The position numbers were made by a program, and so were the translations under genes. Positions 60,385-64,000 of a stretch of 64,000 bases of DNA are shown here, piece after piece. The stretch lies in the NCBI GenBank assembly GCA_017622175.1, contig JAGARQ010000016.1:26-64025 (forward strand). The letters are read 5' to 3'. A model generated the notes under the pieces. That model did no database searches. It saw only the letters and a list, made by a program, of their open reading frames with translations, and was not told the DNA's origin. Within the stretch, counting starts at the first letter, position 1. The number at the start of each line of letters is the position of its first letter. Origin of the DNA: Bacilli bacterium. GTDB taxonomy: Bacteria > Bacillota_I > Bacilli_A > RF39 > UBA660.

Positions 60385-60942
60385 ATGAAGGAATTTGAAG
60401 AAAAGACATTAGATGAAATAATTGCATCAGGTAGTAAAGAAGATCTTGAAAGATACTATGAATATTTAGAATCAATGAAAACAAATTCTTTCTACAGAGA
60501 TATAGTTGAATCATATGAAGGGAGTTCAATCGCAGACATAACCTATAAAATAATGGAAGAAGAGCAAGCATATCGAAGTGAAATCTTTTTTCCCGGAGAT
60601 ATAATAATGTTCTATCCAAGAATAAAAGAACAAAGAGCAAGAAGCTATATAACATGTGATTTTTCAGCAGGAATTATTTATCCTGGAAGTATATATGTTA
60701 ATTATAGGCCTATGCTTCATAATATAACTACTGGAGATACATATGTATTGCAAAGAACAATTAAAGTTGAAACAGGTTATAGCTATGATTTGCCTCGCTC
60801 TATTGTTGAACTAGAATCGCTAGATAATAAATTAAAAATAGATGATTATGATGACAATAGTGGGATACATTACTCCCATTTAAGTCAATGTCTAGGCGGA
60901 GAAATATATTTAAAAAAATTAAAAAGGAGAAAGAAACAATGA
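60385..60942 (+). CDS. hypothetical protein, 185 aa
   Basis: AGAGGGA RBS, and the stop overlaps the rpiB start (ATGA). I do not recognise any motif. Confidence 0.6.
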   Translation: MKEFEEKTLDEIIASGSKEDLERYYEYLESMKTNSFYRDIVESYEGSSIADITYKIMEEEQAYRSEIFFPGDIIMFYPRIKEQRARSYITCDFSAGIIYPGSIYVNYRPMLHNITTGDTYVLQRTIKVETGYSYDLPRSIVELESLDNKLKIDDYDDNSGIHYSHLSQCLGGEIYLKKLKRRKKQ

Positions 60943-61382
60943 AAATAGGATTAGCAAGTGACCACAGAGGTTATAAATTAAAAGAATATTTAAAACAAAT
61001 ATTACCAACAAACAACTATGAAATAGTTGATTTTGGAACAGATTCTGAAGTATCAACGGATTATCCAGATTATGCATTTGCATTAGGAGAAGCAGTAGTA
61101 TCAAAACAAGTTGATTTTGGAGTAGCAATATGTGGTTCGGGAATAGGAATTAGTATTGCATGTAATAAAGTCAAAGGAATAAGATGTGCAAAAGTTTCAA
61201 ATAAAGAAGAAGCTCAAATAACAAGAATAGACAATAACTCAAACATAGTTGCATTTAGTGAAAAAGTATCAGAAAGTGATGCATTAGATATTGTAAAAAC
61301 ATTTATTACAACAGAAGCATCACCTGAGGAAAAACATATTCGTAGAGTTAATAAAATAATAGCTTATGAGGAAAATAACTAA
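60939..61382 (+). CDS. rpiB: ribose-5-phosphate isomerase B
   Basis: MKIGLASDHRGYKLKEYL, CGSGIGISIACNKVKGIRCA. Confidence 0.9.
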   Translation: MKIGLASDHRGYKLKEYLKQILPTNNYEIVDFGTDSEVSTDYPDYAFALGEAVVSKQVDFGVAICGSGIGISIACNKVKGIRCAKVSNKEEAQITRIDNNSNIVAFSEKVSESDALDIVKTFITTEASPEEKHIRRVNKIIAYEENN

Positions 61383-61579
61383 TGACAGCAAAGTTTATAA
61401 TATACATAGTAGTTACAATACTTGTTGTTTGGTCATTAGAATCAGTTAATATAAATCAAATATTCAAAAAAAACAGATATTATCAAGCTAGAGTATTTTA
61501 CTTTTTTCTAGCAGCATCATTAATATATTTAGTAACAAATTTTTTCTGGGATTTATTTACTTCTATAAAAATTATATAA
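61382..61579 (+). CDS. DUF1146 (YwzB-like) small membrane protein
   Basis: VNINQIFKKNRYYQARVFYFFL...VTNFFWD resembles B. subtilis YwzB (from memory). Confidence 0.7.
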   Translation: MTAKFIIYIVVTILVVWSLESVNINQIFKKNRYYQARVFYFFLAASLIYLVTNFFWDLFTSIKII

Positions 61580-61629
61580 AGAAGTATAAATTCTTTTTTT
61601 TTGCTCAAAATGATATTGAGGTGAATAAA

Positions 61630-62262
61630 ATGAAAAAATTAAAAATTAAAAAGTATGTTTTACCAGTATTTGTAATGACAATATGTCTAATTACAGTATT
61701 TGTAACAGCAGTAACATCAAATTTAAAAAAGGAAACAAAGGATTTATTACACTTAAACTATGTTTCAAACACAATAATTTCTAAAGAACAAGCAGTAATT
61801 AATACTACAACCAAATTAATTAGTCCATATACAGATCAAACGGTTAAAATTGGAAAAAGTTATTATGATTATAAAGGAAATCAAGAAGAACAAGAAAATT
61901 CTATCATTTATCACGAAAATACATATATTCAAAACTCTGGAGTTGATTTCATACATGAAAATCAATTTGATGTAATTTCTGTATTAGATGGAACAGTAAT
62001 TAATGTAAGAGAAGATGAACTTTTAGGAAAAATTGTTGAAATACAACATAATAATGATTATATATCTGTATATCAAAGTTTAAGCGAAATAAAAGTAAAA
62101 AAAGGTGACACAATTTCACAAGGTCATATCATTGGAAAAAGTGGAGTAAATACACTTGATAAAAGTTTAGGTAATCATCTACATTTTGAACTATATATTG
62201 GTGGACAAATAGTAAATCCAATAAATTATTTAAATAAAGAAGTTCAATCAAAAGTAGAATAA
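61630..62262 (+). CDS. spoIIQ: stage II sporulation protein Q-like M23/LytM-domain protein
   Basis: N-terminal TM helix. The segment DGTVINVREDELLGKIVEIQHNNDYISVYQSLSEIKVKKGD...GKSG...GNHLHFE parallels B. subtilis SpoIIQ (VYQSLSEVSVEQGD...GNHVHFE, from memory). Confidence 0.75.
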   Translation: MKKLKIKKYVLPVFVMTICLITVFVTAVTSNLKKETKDLLHLNYVSNTIISKEQAVINTTTKLISPYTDQTVKIGKSYYDYKGNQEEQENSIIYHENTYIQNSGVDFIHENQFDVISVLDGTVINVREDELLGKIVEIQHNNDYISVYQSLSEIKVKKGDTISQGHIIGKSGVNTLDKSLGNHLHFELYIGGQIVNPINYLNKEVQSKVE

Positions 62263-62278
62263 ATATAAAGGATGTGAA

Positions 62279-63274
62279 ATGATGTTATCAACAGATATTG
62301 GAATAGACTTAGGAACATCAAACACCTTAATATATGAACGAAAAAAGGGTATAGTTCTAAATGAACCAAGTATTATAGCAATAGACAAAAGAAGTAATAA
62401 AGTTATTGATACAGGAAATAATGCATATAAGATACTAGGAAAAGAACCTAAAAATATTAAAATAATTTATCCATTACAAAATGGTACTATTATAGACATA
62501 GATGCATTAGAATTAATGATTAATGAATTTATCAAAAAAATAAAAACAAATAATATGTTTATTAAACCTAGAGTACTAATTAGTTTATCAGCAGATTTAA
62601 CATCATTAGAAAAAGATGTTATAAAAGAAATAATCCTAAAATTAGGAGCTAGAAAAGTATATGTTGAACCGTCTATAAAAACTGCTGCAATAGGAATCGG
62701 GATGAATATATCAGAACCAATTGCAAATATGATAGTAGATATAGGTGGAACAACTACAGATATAGGTGTTTTATCATTAAATGATATTGTAAAATATAGT
62801 TATGTAAAAATTGGTGGAAAAACATTTGATGAAGACATCATAAAATACATAAGAGAAAAGTATAAAGTACTAATAGGTGAATCAACAGCAGAAACTTTAA
62901 AAATAAATCATTTAAATGTATATAAAGAAGATAATCATACAGTAGAAATTAAAGGCAAAGACCTAATTTCTGGTTTACCAACGACAATATCTTTAGAAAA
63001 AAATGAATTAAAATATGCAATAAAAGAAAACTTAAATAAAATTATTAAAGAAATTATTCACATTCTAGAACAAACTCCACCAGAATTATCCGCAGATATT
63101 GTGGAAAAAGGAATTGTAATAACTGGAGGATGTGCAAAAATGAAAGGATTACTAGAGTTAATAAATAAAAAGACTAATGTACCAATATTTATTGCTGAAT
63201 ATCCATTAATATCTGTAATAGAAGGCAGTGGAAAACTAATAAACGAACTAAAGTTAATTGATGAAGACCAATAA
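62279..63274 (+). CDS. mreB: rod shape-determining protein MreB/Mbl
   Basis: DIGIDLGTSNTLIY, actin-fold phosphate motifs (VDIGGTTTDI) and GIVITGGCA. Confidence 0.9.
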   Translation: MMLSTDIGIDLGTSNTLIYERKKGIVLNEPSIIAIDKRSNKVIDTGNNAYKILGKEPKNIKIIYPLQNGTIIDIDALELMINEFIKKIKTNNMFIKPRVLISLSADLTSLEKDVIKEIILKLGARKVYVEPSIKTAAIGIGMNISEPIANMIVDIGGTTTDIGVLSLNDIVKYSYVKIGGKTFDEDIIKYIREKYKVLIGESTAETLKINHLNVYKEDNHTVEIKGKDLISGLPTTISLEKNELKYAIKENLNKIIKEIIHILEQTPPELSADIVEKGIVITGGCAKMKGLLELINKKTNVPIFIAEYPLISVIEGSGKLINELKLIDEDQ

Positions 63275-63342
63275 AAGGTCTTTTTATTTGCTATTTAAGG
63301 CTTATATGAGATATAATCTTTATAAGAAAGAAGTTGAAATAA

Positions 63343-64000
63343 ATGAAAATGCAAATACTCGATGCATGCAAAATAGTGTTAGTAACATTTATATGCTCAG
63401 CATTAATAATGGAAGTAATGAAAAAAATAGCAGCTCATATAGGAGCTATGGACATACCAAGGTCGGATGAAGGAAATAGACATATCCATAAAAAAGCAAC
63501 ACCTAAATTAGGGGCAGTTGGAATATTCCTAGCCTTTTTAATTGGATATATGCTATTTGGAGAACAAAGTGTAAGAATGAATTCAATTCTTATTGGTAGT
63601 TTTATAATGATACTAACAGGTATCATTGATGATATAAAACCAATTAAAGCATCCCATAAGATGTTAGGACATCTAATAGCTGCCTCAGTTATAGTTTTCT
63701 ACGGAGGAATATTGTTAGACCAAATTAGTGCATTTGGATATACATTAAATTTTGGACTATTTGCATATCCAATAACAATATTATTTATAGTAGCTTGTAC
63801 AAATATAATTAATTTAATTGATGGCCTAGATGGCTTAAGTAGTGGAATATGTAGTATTTTTTACATAACAATAGCAATTATAGCCTTCTATCAAGGAAGA
63901 TATGGAAGTCTAGTAATGATGTTAAGTTTAATAATGCTTGGCTCAACACTAGGATTCTTGTTGCACAATTTCAATCCAGCAAAAATATTTGCAGGTGACT
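63343..64000 (+). CDS. tagO: undecaprenyl-phosphate N-acetylhexosamine-1-phosphate transferase (MraY/WecA/TagO family), N-terminal part; continues past the window end
   Basis: I translated this frame manually from ATG 63343. It gives MKMQILDACKIV...MDIPRSDEGNRHIHKKATPKLGAVGIFLAF...IIDDIKP...NLIDGLDGLSSG...HNFNPAKIFAGD. It is not in the ORF track because it runs off the window. Confidence 0.85.
   Translation, partial: MKMQILDACKIVLVTFICSALIMEVMKKIAAHIGAMDIPRSDEGNRHIHKKATPKLGAVGIFLAFLIGYMLFGEQSVRMNSILIGSFIMILTGIIDDIKPIKASHKMLGHLIAASVIVFYGGILLDQISAFGYTLNFGLFAYPITILFIVACTNIINLIDGLDGLSSGICSIFYITIAIIAFYQGRYGSLVMMLSLIMLGSTLGFLLHNFNPAKIFAGD

Noticed and set aside
63258-63470. 70-aa ORF at the mreB/tagO junction
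   Set aside because: It is in a different frame from the convincing MraY/WecA-family ORF that starts at 63343. It is probably spurious.

Overview
This window is the replication-origin region of a very AT-rich, apparently spore-forming Firmicute that uses the standard genetic code (TGA is a stop). The gene order is Bacillus-like. dnaA (22015-23394, minus) and rpmH (23868, plus) diverge from a DnaA-box-rich oriC. Almost every gene to the left is on the minus strand: dnaN, comK, recF, gyrB, gyrA, SRP RNA, tadA, dnaX, ybaB, recR, bofA, holB, yaaT, trmN6, rsmI, pth, mfd, spoVT, and a T-box leader with metG. Almost every gene to the right is on the plus strand: rnpA, yidC, jag, mnmE, mnmG, rsmG, noc, soj, spo0J, ychF, rpsF-ssb-rpsR, rplI, dnaB, rlmH, ung, argS, rpoE, prfA, prmC, spoIIR, fba, murA, rpmE, rpiB, spoIIQ, mreB and tagO. 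The one exception on the right is a minus-strand block of pta, lemA and a PBP1A gene. I found no rRNA, tRNA, CRISPR array, transposase or prophage genes. The most unusual feature is non-coding. A 0.9-kb gene-free spacer downstream of gyrA (13561-14458) carries about 12 DnaA boxes. Three of these are fused at a fixed 2-bp spacing to perfect 16-bp parS palindromes, and the spacer also holds a perfect Noc-binding palindrome. Other items worth a second look: a Noc paralog with a roughly 190-aa Pro-rich insertion and no obvious N-terminal membrane helix. A 66-aa ORF that mimics the N-terminus of ribosomal protein S3 and is translationally coupled to pth. comK sitting between dnaN and recF. An orphan 558-aa protein with a tandem C-terminal repeat. 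A further DnaA-box cluster in front of an orphan gene that overlaps rpiB. A minimal SRP RNA of about 71 nt. All functional calls come from reading the translations and motifs by eye, and no database searches were run.
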